Origin: Chiloscyllium plagiosum
Taxonomy: Eukaryota
Reading direction: 5' to 3'
NCBI RefSeq assembly: GCF_004010195.1
Contig: NC_057711.1
Location: forward strand, 80,663,523-80,727,522
Length of the DNA: 64,000 nt
Shown piece after piece: positions 1 to 12,851 of this stretch; position 1 is the stretch's first letter; each line of letters starts with the position of its first letter. The notes under the pieces were generated by a model. That model saw only the letters and a list, made by a program, of their open reading frames with translations. It did not search any database and was not told the DNA's origin. A program made the translations under genes and the position numbers.

Positions 1-104
1 GTCCTGCACTATCACCTGATGAAGGAGCGTCGCTCCGAAAGCTAGTGTGCTTCCAATTAAACCTGTTGGACTATAACCTGGTGTTGTGTGACTTTTAACT
101 TTGC
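1..104 (+). mobile_element. 3' terminal fragment of a Penelope-like element (end family A)
   Basis: Near-identical to 23445-23547, 47400-47490 and, reversed, 16530-16615 and 30981-31070; carries a hammerhead core. Confidence 0.7.
13..47 (+). ncRNA. Minimal hammerhead ribozyme motif (family A)
   Basis: cac-CTGATGA-a-GGAGC-gtc-GCTCC-GAAA-gcta-gtg: conserved core, 5-bp stem II, 3-bp stem I (cac/gtg), palindromic AGCT in place of stem III. Confidence 0.7.
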
Positions 105-833
105 CTGAGTTGAAGCCTTTATAGAGCAGTTCCTTCAATCAAAATTACCATAATTAGCTAGATGAGCTACAGGGTGTGGTCTGTGAATAGGCTACTTGTA
201 TGCATGATGACATTTAAAATAGAAAGTGGGACTTGTGTTGTAAAATTTCATCTGGTCACAGGTATTCTGAACTCAAAGTTTTTTAATATTACAATATCTA
301 GGCATCAGCTGCTGCACTGCAAAAGGGATTTCTGTTAAAACATGTCGGATATTCGGCAGATGCAATTCGAGCAGAGCTCTTCAGCATTGCTCAGGCACTA
401 GTTAAATCCCTGACAGGCCTAAATTTGGCGGCAAATATCAGACTCAGCTGCATGCACAAAGGTAATGACTGCGGGGCTTTCAAGTTTCTGGCTGCTGTTC
501 AGAAACGTAGTCAGAAAGTCTCCAGCCTACCCATTTGTTCAGCTGGTCCTGTCAGAGGAAGACACTGGACTCCTCGTAGCAGCCAGGCTCCACCCAGATG
601 GGTGCAATATTAACCACATGCCTCTGTATTAACAAAGAACAACAAAGGATGTTTCAGCCTATTTCACCTAATCCACCAAAGATCATATGTAATCGACTTC
701 AGCAAGGGTTCTAACCTATCCACCTAATACGAATAAAATATTTATTTAAACCTTCAAAAATCTGAATAACTCCTCACCCTGACAATTATGCAAGGATTAT
801 GGCTCTCAAATATCTGATTATCTCAGTCTGCAC

Positions 834-1290
834 TTAGAGTCATAGAGTCATAGAGATGTACAGCATGGAAACAGACCCTTCAGTTCAACTCGTCCATGCT
901 GACCAGATAACCCAACCCAATCTAGTCCCACCTTCCCTCTAGTTCTGGACTCCCCGACCCCAGTTAAAAGGCTTTGCCTATTTATCCTATCCATGCCCCT
1001 CATAATATTGTAAACGTCTATAAGGTCACCCCTCAGCCTCCGACGCATCAGGGAAAACAGCCCCAGCCTGTTCAGTCTCTCCCTATAGCTCAGATCCTCC
1101 AACCCTGGCAACATCCTTGTAAATCTTTTTTGAACCCTTTCAAGTTTCACAACATCTTTCCGATAGAAAGGAGACCAGAATTGGAAGCAATATTCCAACA
1201 GTGGCCTAACCAATGTCCTGTACAGCCGCAACATGACCTCCCAACTCCTGTACTCAATACTCTGACCAATAAAGGAAAGCATACCAAACT
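834..1290 (-). mobile_element. CR1/HER1-like LINE 3' fragment
   Basis: ORF 848-1345 has LYRTLVRPLLEYCFQFWSP...LERVQKRFTRMLPG...RRRLRGDLI (CR1 ORF2 C-terminus), plus a short tandem tail. Confidence 0.92.
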
Positions 1291-2074
1291 TATCTATAAA
1301 ACATCCAATCCCATTCTGAGCCATATATTCAGGGTGTTGATTCATAAGTTAATTGTGATGGAATTCGAGAGGGCCCAAATGTGACTGCACTCTCCTCAGC
1401 CCCACCTCACCATTCCAATTCAACTATTTGAAGAAAGCTCAATTGTACTAATCATACACTACTACTTTCCTCAACAAAATCCAATTTTTCTTTTGATGGT
1501 CCACTTTAGTTACTCACCAGTGAACCAAAATAGGCTATAATTCCAATGTAATGCAATTTTTCTGTTTTGAACAAAAACAACTGTCCTTGATATGCCAACA
1601 AGTGAGTTTCCTCACTAAGGCTGCAAGAATTTCAACATAGTCTGGGCAGCTTGAAATAATTGTTTTAAATAACAATGAATTGATATTCATTATTTAACAA
1701 ACTAACACACCAGCAATATTTACGTTTTTCTTATATTGCCTATAGTTTTTGACAATACATTATAGAAATACTCAAAGAATTGTTTAAAGTCACACAAGAT
1801 TATTCAGTTAGCATTTTAACTTTAGCTCTCCAGTCATGTATATAGTTCAGTAATGTAAATTGATTAATAACTTATTCAGATGTCAATGTGACTATTGTTA
1901 TCCACAGTTAGATTGCTTAATGTATCAGTAATGGTAAAATATGAACAGTAGATCTAAATGTGGAGCTATAATACTGAACAACTCCATAGCAATTGCTCAG
2001 TACTAAGGATTTTGCCTTTCTATCAGTTTGCCTTTCTATCAATGTATAATTTTAAGCTGATTTTGTATTTTGTG

Positions 2075-3232
2075 TGTTAAGAAGAGAAAGATGTGGTTCA
2101 GTTACATGTTTAAATTTTCCTGTGAGTTGAATTTGAGATGTCAGGTGGTCTGTTTTGTTTATATGTATTTTAATTAGATTTGAAATTTTTGCAGTGTATA
2201 TCGTGGTACATTTTTAAAAAATAGGGCAAGAAACAGTGCTCTTAATTAGTGACAGGGAGTGAAATGTTCCAAAAGGATTGTTAAAAGGCTGTTGAAGTGG
2301 CTGCTGAGGCTAGGGTGTCTTCTGTGATTTCTGCCCAGACTGAGAAGTATCTCAAGGCTGTACAAAAGTCCTAATTGAATGAATATTGGTGCGGTGCATC
2401 CCTTGAATGGATGTACCAGGACAAAGCTATTTGTGAAATTCATACCAAAAGTCAAAATCTATAGACTTCTTATTGTCTCAGAGTTTAAAGAGAGTTTTAG
2501 AGAAGTTTGATAAAGAGAGTTTTAGGTGTGATGGCCACCATCCATTCCCAAACCAGTCTGGGTGGAGAGGTATTGTTCAGGTAGTTAGCTGACCAAAACT
2601 GATCGCAGGTAGCGACTGTCATTACTCCAAGTAACATGAAATGAACCCTCAGCCTACAAACAATCCAGCGTGAAAAACCAAGAGCAGCCAATACATGTGG
2701 CTTAAAGTTGGAGAGTGCAACACTATAAAATCTCCAAGATTGCCATTTAAAGTCCACTATCACCAACTTTCTAGTTCTAGGATTGTAAGAATTAACTTTG
2801 CAACCTGTTAAAAATTCTTCTTCGCCAAATAACTCCTGAACTTTTACATGCAACTTTGAATTCAGCTAGTTACATTTTATGAGTGGAAAGTAAGCCTTTC
2901 TTCTCCAGGCCTGCACTGGTTGGGCTAATCATATGACTTAGGAACGGTTGTATTATTTGTAACTTGTAAAAGTGCACTATCCTCATTAACCATATCTGTT
3001 TTCTGCATGTGGTTTGTAAATGGTGAGTGAGTGATGCAATATTAGACTTTCAGGGTGAACGAGTGAAATCATATCCTCTTTATTTAAACACGTGAGAAAG
3101 CTGTCGGTGTTCAGGTTGACCCCACTGAGGGGTTAAGAAACACACATCTCTCCCTTTAGAAAAACACAGTAATTACAAACAGCACTGAAAGGAAGCAGGA
3201 TTTTCAAATGTTGCCTATTCCTATCCATAACA
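2075..3232. mobile_element. Possible solo LTR
   Basis: Segment bounded by TGTTA...TAACA, but no target-site duplication found. Confidence 0.2.
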
Positions 3233-3720
3233 ATCTGCAAGTCCAAACATAGAGCACTTCTTTCAACTAAATAATAGTTCAGCCAAACAAAGGAATTAAA
3301 CACTTACCATAAAATCCTCAAATGTTGAATTAGGAAGGTGCTATTCTGATTTTCTGGATATATAATTTCAGTGAATTCTAGCAACAGACATATATTTCTC
3401 CAGTTATTATTATCATTATTATTATCTACATTATTATTTTATTTCAGTGCAATAATAAAGATAAGATCAGCAACTTGCTGATCTATGAACCTTGACCTTG
3501 AGTCTCCATCCTCTTACTTTAAGCTACATACACTGGAGTGTAGGTATTTTACCCAATTCATGTTTCTTAAGTAAATTTTCTAATCTGTTTACTTACAATT
3601 AACGTACTAAACTTAGGCCTCATATTTATAACTTGAACATCCAAGTCAATTCCTGTCAGTTGTACTCCTTGACCAATAACTTTTCTACTCATCCAGATGA
3701 GAAGTATCTGCATTTTTTAC

Positions 3721-3815
3721 ACAAAAACTGAAATTGCTGGTGAAAATCAGCAGTCTGGCAGCATCTATGGGGAGAAAGCTGAGTTACTATTTTGAGTCCG
3801 GTGACTCTTCATCTC
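3721..3815 (-). mobile_element. PLE end family C fragment with degenerate hammerhead
   Basis: Similar to 11350-11445 and 29150-29225; reverse strand reads gatga-a-GAGTC-accg-GACTC-aaaa. Confidence 0.55.
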
Positions 3816-3834
3816 CATTTTCTGTATTTGTTCA

Positions 3835-4145
3835 TGCAGCGTGGGTATCACTGCCTAAGCCAGCATTTATTGCCCATCCCTAACTGCAATCAGTGACGTT
3901 GCGATGGATCTGGAATCACTTGGAGGCCAGACCAGGAAAATGTTCCACGCCAAAGGACATTAGTAAATCAGATGAGTTCTTTCAACATTGGTTTCACAGT
4001 CACCATTCCTGAGACCACCTTTCAACTCAAACTGTAAATTGAATTTAAATTCTACCAAGGGCCGTGTTGAAATTTGAACCAATATGCCCAGAGCATTAGA
4101 TTAATCCCCCAGATTGCCAACCAGTAAAATTCCTACTATATTCCC
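3835..4145 (-). mobile_element. tRNA-derived SINE, degenerate
   Basis: Reverse complement resembles the split SINE at 57313-58580 (aataaatgctgg tail, gttcactaatgtccttt core). Confidence 0.6.
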
Positions 4146-4175
4146 TCTCTTGGAACGTTGGCTCAGTCAGTTTCT

Positions 4176-4904
4176 GAGGAGAAAGTGAGGACTGCAGATG
4201 CTGGAGATCAGAGCTGAAAATGTGTTGCTGGAAAAGCGCAGCAGGTCTGGCAGCATCCAAGGAACAGGAGAATCAATGTTTCGGGCGTAAGCGTCGTGCC
4301 GGGAGTGGAGGTTGGGTTGGTGGGGGGTGTGAACCTGACGAGGGAGTCACGGAGGGAGTGTTTGTGGACCTGACGAGGGAGTCCTCCACTCCCCGCACCT
4401 TCCCCTGCAACCGCAAGAAATGCAAAACTTGCGCCCACACCTCCCCCCTTACTTCCCTCCAAGGCCCCAAGGGATACTTCCATATCCGCCACAAATTCTC
4501 CTGCACCTCCACACACATCATTTATTGCATCCGCTGCACCTGATGTGGCCTCCTCTATATTTGGGAGACAGGCCGCCTACTTGCGGAGCGTTTCCTCATT
4601 TCCCCTCCCCCCACCTTGTCTCAGTCAAATCCCTCGAACTCAGCACCGCCTTCCTAACCTGCAATCTTCTTCCTGACCTCTCTGCCCCCACCCCACTCCG
4701 GCCTATCACCCTCACCTTGATCTCCTTCCACCTATCGCATTTCCAATGCCCCTCCCCCAAGTCCCTCCTCCCTACCTTTTATCTTAGCCTGCTGGACACA
4801 CTTTCCTCATTCCTGAAGAAGGGCTTATGCCCGAAACGCCGATTCTCCTGTTCCTTGGATGCTGCCTGACCTGCTGCGCTTTTCCAGCAACACATTTTCA
4901 GCTC
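4176..4904 (+). mobile_element. Penelope-like element fragment with GIY-YIG endonuclease remnant and inverted ends (family B)
   Basis: Reads PCNRKKCKTC...IIYCIRCT*CGLLYIWETGRLLAERF (GIY-YIG); ends 4211-4290 and 4823-4904 are inverted; 15-bp target-site duplication gctcagtcagttt(c/t)t at 4161-4175 and 4901-4915. Confidence 0.88.
4813..4840 (+). ncRNA. Minimal hammerhead motif (family B), cleavage triplet mutated
   Basis: CTGAAGA-a-GGGC-ttat-GCCC-GAAA-cgcc; other copies end in cgtc. Confidence 0.55.
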
Positions 4905-5164
4905 AGTCAGTTTTTGGTCAATGGTAACCCCACATATGTTGATAGCGGAGAATTCACTGATGGTAATATCTTTGAAAGTCAATGCTTCTCTATTGTCTGA
5001 CACTTGAATGGGGTGAATGTTACTTGCTACTTATCATTGCTTTCCATTCTGTCTACTTTGTAGGCACTTGGGTCTATGCCTAACATACTCTGTCACTTTC
5101 AACATTTATATATTGCTTTCTTGATTGTGGTTTACCATGACATCTTGCCACAGCTTCTGAATAG

Positions 5165-5700
5165 GTTTCTTAGTTGATATGCCCAATGCCTTTTAATATT
5201 ACATGTCTTACAGTGATCTGGATCCATTGGCAGGTTTTCAGTGGATGAAGAATTCCACATTTTGCAAAGAGCTGCCCAATTTCAACATCTTACCTATTGT
5301 CCCAGTCGTTGAAGCCAGATCAAGTGCTTGCAAACTCTGACATACTGCAACTTCATATTTAGCCCATCATTTATAAAGTTTCAATTTCAAGAGTTTTTAC
5401 ATTTTTAGGAAATTGTATTGAAAATTTTCAAAGAATGTTGATGCAATTAGCAGCTCGGTCATTCTTCCAGACATCTTAGATTCAGAAAAGAGCAGTCCCC
5501 ATCTTTGTTCCTGAAACTACTGATAGATTGACTCTTCTTGGTGTTGCTCATATAATGTAAATTCTTTAAACTGATTTTCATAATCAGTTGGACATCCAGT
5601 AAATTTGGTCCACATTTACTCAGGGTGTTCGTAATCATCTTCAGCCTGCAATATCTCTTTGTTTCTAATAGTTATCTTAACTTTGACTGCTTGTTAACAT
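5165..5700 (-). mobile_element. Gypsy LTR-retrotransposon gag relic
   Basis: Minus-strand peptides FKEFTLYEQHQEESIYQ...RMTELLIAST, then AKCGILHPLKTC and CKTCNIKRHWAYQL (decayed double CCHC zinc knuckle), with stops and frameshifts. Confidence 0.6.
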
Positions 5701-6214
5701 GGTTCTGATAAGTTATATTGTCTCTTGGTTGACTCTAACTAAAAGCATTGAAGGATTGAAACATTATCAGATCAAGTAAAGTAGGGGACCAGCTGGGCCT
5801 TGAAATAACAGTTTCCACTATTTACAATTATCTCTCCGATAAGAAAATAAAGTGCTGCAAATGTTTGCAATGCTTCCACAGGGAATAGCATAGAGCCTGT
5901 TACACCTCCAGCTTTTAATGGGAGTTTTCTTCACATGTCAATCAGCTTTCTAATATCTCATGGAATCCAGTTGTGCACATATAATGAGGTACACGTTGAT
6001 GCCTGAACATCACTGCATGCTTTAATAAACAAAACTAATTATCACTTTTTGTATTCTTGCTCAAGTAGAAGATAACCCCTCCTACCAGAGAGAGAAGTCC
6101 ATCAAGTGTCAATCACTAAAATTTTTGCATTCACACTCTTTAGGGAGAGGAAGTGCTCCACAATAAGGGAAATGAAGCAATAGAAAATATCACTTCTTGC
6201 TGTTTTTGAAGCCT

Positions 6215-6325
6215 TGTGCATTAATTGGTTACTGTATTTTTACATCACAACAGTGACTAAATAATAGAAATACTCCACTGAGCACAAAGTTCTTTCAGAC
6301 ATCCTAAAATTATGAAAGGCACTTC
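6215..6325 (+). mobile_element. Old SINE or L2-type 3' tail (Deu-SINE-like)
   Basis: tacatcacaacagtgacta...ttcagacatcct...tgaaaggcact resembles a Deu-SINE 3' end from memory. Confidence 0.4.
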
Positions 6326-6439
6326 TGACAAGATAATATTTGTTGCTGAATATAGTTTTAGAGACAATAATCTGAGATGGAAATAATTAATATTTGGAAG
6401 AATATGGGCTAATATATGAAAAAAAAGCACAGATTTGTA

Positions 6440-6940
6440 ACAGATAAATTATGTTAAACAAACCTGATCAGGACTTTGATGAGAGTAGTCTGGCTGATGT
6501 AGTGTAAATGAACTTTGAAAAGGGCATTTGATAAGGGGGCACATGATGACATTTAGTAAAATTAAAGCTCATGGTAGTATACAAATTAAATAAAATAAGG
6601 GATGGGAAGTAGTGAGTAGTAGTGAACATTTGTTTTTCATACAGAAGGAATGATGAAATGATGGTTCATGTGGACAGCATTAGGATTATTGATCTTTTCC
6701 ATTCATATCAATGACCAGACCGGAGTAAACAGAGCAAAATGTTATAGTTTGCAGATGATAAGAAGGTCAGATCTGAAGTGAACAATGAAAAAATTAAATA
6801 GGAGAAGAGTGAAATGATTAATCTTGACAAAATGAATATGACGTGGCAATAAAAATAAAATTGGAAGTTTTTAATGGGATACAGGAACAAAGAAACTTGA
6901 GGTATAAATATATAATTCTCTGAAACTATAGAAAATGAAG
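6440..6940 (+). mobile_element. Highly decayed CR1 reverse transcriptase fragment
   Basis: Remnants of the DVVYxDFxKAFD and FADD motifs (gatgtagtgtaaatgaactttgaaaagggcatttgataag; tttgcagatgat). Confidence 0.6.
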
Positions 6941-8028
6941 CCTGAAGGAAGAAAGGACCACAACCCTATGAGACCATCACAATGTACAGGACAGGCTCAC
7001 TTTGTGGCAGAGGTCTCTCCAGTACTAGTGGGCTCATAAAATGCAGTCCACAATTCATCTAACAGGATTTGTCAACTGCCCAACTGAGTGGTCACTGTTA
7101 TTCCACCCAGAGAAATATCCCAAAGTAACTGGAAATCATCAGCTTTCCTTCCTAACCGCTCCTGCTACCAGTTTGCCAATTTTTCCAGCTGCTAACCCTC
7201 TCCAGAAGCTGACAAAAACATGGTCAGTGTTTCTTGTCAATGATCCTTCAGCAAAGTGGAAGATTTATGGAAAGGTAAAATATAAGAGCTTAAGTGATAG
7301 AGTTGTACAGGAGCAATATGAATGGGGAAATTGGGCAAGTTAACGAATATAGAGTGCATCACAAGAGTAGTGAACAGCAGAATGATAAACAGTTGCCAAC
7401 CAGAAGTAAAAACAGGAGAAAAATGTGAGAATAAAACTGAAATCTGTAAAGGCAAAGGAAACAAAGCCTGCAGATAAAGAGGAAAGCATTCAGGCAAATT
7501 GAAGGATTAAAATGACAGGTGGCTCGAAGCTCAGTTCATACTTCTGACTGAAAAGAGATGTTCCCCAAAGTGGACCATCAAATTAGCATTTGGTGTCCTC
7601 AGTGGGCAGCTACCTGCTGTTGCTCTAGCCTGAGACAGCCAGCAGCAGCTGGTGGCCTGAATGTCTTCACATACCTTTGCACACTCCTCTGACTCGGTCC
7701 TCCAAATACCTGGCAATTTTCTGAGGCAGGCAGGCATATCGCCCATGGTCCACTTGGTCCATGCCCAGGGTTAAAATCTACCTCATAGTTTTGACAATTA
7801 GCATAATTTCTCAATGCGCAATAATGTAGCCAGGGAATAAGAGGAATATGACAAATGTTCAACCTATTTGTGTGGACTCACATGCATTATTGTACAGGAG
7901 ACTCTTATGGTTTCATATGATATACCTAAGTCTTATGAGTTTTATTGCTTTGCATCATGGAATTCATTTCCTCGGAGGAGAAACTGCCAACCTATCTACC
8001 TGATCCTTAGGAAAGGCAAATACACCAC

Positions 8029-8783
8029 TTAGAGTCATAGAGTCATGGATTTACACAGCATGGAAAAACAGACCATTCGACCCAACTCATTTGTGCTGAC
8101 CAGATATCCTAAACTGACCTAGTCCTATTTGCCAGCATTTGGCTGTAACCCTCTAAACCCTTGCTATTCATGTGCCCATTCCAGATGCCTTTTTAAATGT
8201 TGTATCAGCCTCCACCACCTCCTCTGGCAGCTCGATCCATACACACATCATCTCCTGTGTGAAAAAAATTGCCCCTCAGGTCCCTTTTAAATCTTTCCCT
8301 TCTCACCTTAAATGTATGAACTCTTTGGACTCCACTACCCTGGGGAAAACACCTTGGTTATTCACCCTATCCATGCTCCTCATGATTTTATAAACCTCAT
8401 CGCTCATCCTCCAACGCTCCAAAGCAAAAAGCCCCAGCCAATTCAACCTGTCTCTGTAGCTCAAGCCCTGCAACCTTGGCAACATCCTTGTAAATCTTTT
8501 CTGAACCCTTTCAAGTTTAAAACATCTTTCCTGTAGCCGGAAGACTAAAATTGTAAGTAGTATTCTATAAGTGGCCTCACCAATGTCCTACACAGCCACA
8601 ACATGACCTTCCAACTCCTTGCACTGACCAATGAAGGCAAGTGTACCACTTTCTTCACCATCCTGTCTACCTCCAACTCCACTTTCAAGCAACTGTGCAC
8701 CTGCACCCCGAGGGCAACACAGCCCTGGGCCCTCCCATTAACTCCATAACTCCTACCCTGGTTTGCCCTGCCAAAACTCATTA
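8029..8783 (-). mobile_element. CR1/HER1-like LINE 3' fragment
   Basis: ORFs 8303-8485 and 8545-8781 match the CR1 ORF2 C-terminus; tandem tail at 8029-8047. Confidence 0.9.
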
Positions 8784-8784
8784 A

Positions 8785-8975
8785 CTGCAGGGTGGAAGCT
8801 GTTAAAATCTGTTAGTATGTGTTTTCAAATGTTTATATCTCCTGCCTGAAATAAGAGGGGGAAGAGAGTATTAACGGGTCAGGAGGGATCTTTGATTATG
8901 TTGGTTGCTTTCCCAAGGCAGCAAGAAGTGTAGACAGAGTTAATGGAAAGAAGGCTGGTTTTCATGTTGGACTTA
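8785..8975 (-). mobile_element. Rex1/Babar-like LINE 3' fragment
   Basis: Similar to 52850-53035. Confidence 0.65.
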
Positions 8976-9704
8976 TCCTGGCAATGATGGTGGCAATCAC
9001 TGTTATAGTCTTTGGGTTGTAGGGACAGCCACAGTGCTGCACAATAGAGTCCCAGGCTTTTGACCCAGTGACAATTGAGGGAATGGAAATATAGTTCCTA
9101 GTCAGGGCAGTGAGAGATTTGGAGGGGAACTTACTTGACTGCTTATTGATAAGGAGAGGTTGAGAGCTGACGTAGCTTTCAATGTTCTGAGTGACAGGAG
9201 ATATTTTTAGTCAGCGAGGTCATTGTCCTGGAGCATGTTTCCTTGAAATGGCAACAGAATAATTTTCAGAAACAAGCCCAAAGGACTCCAGGATTGTCTA
9301 AAGTCTGCCAAGACGATACCTTACTGCAACAACATCTTATAGCATTATTTTTAGCGAGATTTTGAGCCACAGTTGTCTGCTGATTTACAGGAGACACTTC
9401 CGCTTGCATAAATATGGAATGTTTTGTGTGTCACTGAAAATTATTATTATAATACTGTGTGGTGCTGCAAACTCAATGGCATGGAAAATGTAACCCTACT
9501 CTTCACTGAGCTACTCTTTCAAGCAATATTGTGTGCCTAGTTCTTAGAGTATACCGATAAGGTCAATGAAGATAACTTTTATTTTAAAATTTACAGTCAT
9601 AATCATGACATCTAAGCATTGTGATAGTAATTGAATAAAAGAATGTTAGAATTAGTTTCAATATCCAAATCTTACCCTGTCTAGCTCCATATGATTTCAA
9701 ACCC

Positions 9705-10455
9705 TCAATAATGTGGTTTTCTCTAAAATGCCCTCTGAAATGGCATTGCAAGCCATTCAGTTGTATTGAACTGCTACAAAGTCTAAAGAATGAAACACCA
9801 AAGGGAACATTCAATATTGAATTAGATACCAGAAATAATAACTGTAAATCCAGCCTTGTTGACCTGACAGAATCCTCCTTTCCGACCTCTAGAGGTTTGT
9901 GTCAAAGTTGGGATAGTTTTCTCATGGGCTCGACAAAACATATATTATTTTCACAGTATTGTACACTATTGACTATACCCCAGACAAAACCATCACCATC
10001 CCTGGACATGTCCTGTCAGACTGGAGGACAGGTGTGCCAGAGGTGGAGACCCAATTTTATATAGTCAAGAAGGAATTAATCCCTGGAAGTCTACAACATT
10101 GAGTCCACAAACCATGAAATCTCATGTCAATAGCTCAAACATGGACAAGGAAACTTCCTGCTGATAACCATCTACCCCACCCCATCCCCAGTTGGTAACC
10201 AGTCATAGATGCTTCCATGAAATTAATGGTAATAGTGACCACCGTACAGTCTTTGTGGAGACAAAAGTTCTACTTTTAAATTGAGGATACCTTCCATCAT
10301 CTTATGTGGCATTGTGTTGAATTGGACAGAATTCCAATGGACCCAGCAACTCTAACCTAGACATCCAAGAGGCACCAAAGACCATCAGTAGCACCTGAAT
10401 TTTATTCAACAACAATCCATAATATTATGTTCCAGCATATCACCTGCTCTGCCAC
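9705..10455 (+). mobile_element. Decayed LINE 5' and AP-endonuclease region (L2/CR1 group)
   Basis: Resembles a common shark LINE start, with broken frames. Confidence 0.5.
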
Positions 10456-10474
10456 AACTGTCAGGAGTTTCCTC

Positions 10475-10720
10475 TGCCAGAACACATACTAACAGATTTA
10501 GAAACAGCTTCTTCCCAGCTGTTACCAGACTTATACATGGACCTCTCATATATTAGAGTTGATCTTTCTCTGCACCTTCTCTGTAACTGTAACACTATAT
10601 TCTGCATTCTGTTCTATTACCCTGATGTACTTATGTAAGCTATGTTTGGTCTGGTTAGCATGCAAACATTACTTTTCACTATATCTTAGTACATGTGACA
10701 ATGATAAAGCAAATCAAACC
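10475..10720 (+). mobile_element. Rex1/Babar-like LINE 3' end
   Basis: Reverse-complement match to 52655-52895 (aacagcttcttccc...tacatgtgacaat...aaatcaaa). Confidence 0.75.
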
Positions 10721-11349
10721 AAAAGGAGTTTGTTGTCGGCAATGTCCTAATGATTGCAATAAAGGAATTCATTTGTTACCATTCACATTAGGGATGTCCT
10801 TAATGAATTCACAGGATTCAGTCCTTTTCAACTGATATATGGACATCAGGCAAAAGACACTCTGAAGTAGATTAACAGAAAATTTACAAGTCAATGCCTA
10901 GGTGATATATTTCTGACATAGGCATCACATTCTGGAGAAAATCTATGCAAAGCATTTGAGTTGTTCAAGAAGCACCTGAAAAGTTCTCAGAAGAAAAATT
11001 AGAGAAGACTAAGAAAAAGCTCAAAGTTTTGTTGCTGGAGACAAGGTATTAGTATTGTTACTTGCCTCTGAGGAAGCTTGAGAAGTGAGGCCCCCACTGG
11101 TTTTATGAAATGGAAAAAAAACTGTGAAATGAATGATAAAGTGAATACTTCAGATAAGAGAAAAATCAGAGTGTGTTACTTCACTATGTTCAAATGGTGC
11201 TATGACAAGCAGGTTATTTGGGGAGTGCGTTTTTATGGCAAAGAAAGAAACAAGAAGTGAAATTTTTTTAAAAAAGAGCAATTTGAGAATTAATCAGAAC
11301 TTGAATATTCAAAAATTGAAATTTAATAATCAGTTTGGATAAAAGAGAA

Positions 11350-11540
11350 ACAAAAACAGAAATTGCTGTAAAAGCTCTGCAAGTCTGGCAGCATCTGTGA
11401 AGACAAATCAGAGTTAACATTTCAGGTCATGTGACCCTTCCTCAGACCTGAAACATTAACTCTGATTTCTCTCCATTGATGCTGCCAGACCAGCTGTGCT
11501 TTTATAACAAATTTTATTTCTGTGCCTGATTTACAGCCAC
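11350..11540. mobile_element. Fold-back PLE end (family C) with intact minus-strand hammerhead core
   Basis: Inverted arms; 11416-11445 on the minus strand reads CTGAGGA-a-GGGTC-acat-GACCT-GAAA-tgtt. Confidence 0.7.
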
Positions 11541-11814
11541 CTGTTGTGTAAATGTTCTGTCAGTGGATAAAAGAGACGTGCATAAAAAAAAGAAAACTAT
11601 CAGAGTGACTAACAAAATCACTTACAAATTCATGAATTGATTTGACTAATTATGTCAAGAAATACATCTTTGGCTATATAAAATGATTATATCGGAGTTG
11701 CGCTATCCATTAAAAAAAAGTACAGACGCAACCCAGATACATTGAGGGAAGTGATTAAGTTCATGATGGACAATAACATTATTGAACTGAGTTAAAAGAC
11801 CATAAGACCACTTT

Positions 11815-12851
11815 TTTGGGATAAAAGGTTCTCTTTCAGAATGGCACCTAGTGACAAATGGTGTCTCGCAGGGTTCAGTGTTGGAGTCGCAGCTGTTCAC
11901 TTTATATATTAATGATCTGGATGAAGGAACTGGGGGCATTCTGATGATGTTCGCTGATGATATGAAGTTAGGTGGACAGACAGGTAGTACTGAGGAGGTG
12001 GAGAGGCTTTAGACAGTTTAGGAAAGTGGTCCAGGAAATTCAATGTGAGTAAATGTGAGGTCTTGCACTTTGGAAAAAAGAACACAGGCATGGACTATTT
12101 TCTAAACAGTGAGAAAATTCATAAAGCCAAAGTACAAAGAGATCTGGGAGTGCTAGTCCAGGATTCTCTAAGGATTGACTTGCAGGTTGAGTCCATGGTT
12201 AAGAAAGCAAATGTAATATTGTCATTTATCTCGAGAGGATTGGAATATAAAAGCAGCGATGTGCTACTGAGACTTTATAAAGCTCTAGTTAGGCCCCATT
12301 TAGAATACTGTGTCCAATTTTGGGTATTACATTTCAGGAAGGACGTACTGGCACTGGAGCGTGTCCAGCGGAGATTCACATGGATGATCTCTGGAATGGT
12401 AGGCCTAACATACAATGAACGGCTGAGGATCCTGGGATTGTATTCATTAGCATTTAGAAGGTTGAGGGGAGATCTAATAGAAACTTAAAAAATGATGCAT
12501 GGCTTAGAAAGGGTGGATGCTGGGAATTTGTTTCTGTTTAGTGGGGAGACTAGGACCCGTGGGCACAGACTTAGAATTAGAGGGGGTCAATTTAGAATGG
12601 AAATGAGGAGACATTTCTTCAGTCAGAGAGAGGTGGGCCTGTTGAATTTATTGCCATGGAGCCCGGTGGAGGCCAGAACGTTAAATATCTTCAAGGAAGG
12701 GGTTGATAAATTCTTGATCACGCAAGGAAATAAGGGCTATGGGGAGAGTGCTGGTGAGTTGCATTGAAATGCCCATCAGCCATGATTGAATGGCGGAGTG
12801 GACTTGATGGGCCAAATGGCCTTACTTCCACTCCTATGTCTTATGGTTTTA
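11815..12851 (+). mobile_element. CR1 LINE 3' fragment
   Basis: QGSVL and FADD motifs, ORFs 12045-12488 and 12492-12767, tail cctatgtcttatgg. Confidence 0.93.

Noticed and set aside
974..1384. Plus-strand ORFs over CR1 copies (also 8312, 12962, 54600)
   Set aside because: They are antisense shadow frames of CR1 ORF2.
2012..2042. 16-bp tandem duplication; similar short repeats at 3403-3435 and 55079-55104
   Set aside because: Ordinary replication slippage.
7206..7274. 69-nt open plus-strand exon candidate
   Set aside because: Weak donor (gtaaaa), unrecognised peptide and no partner exons.
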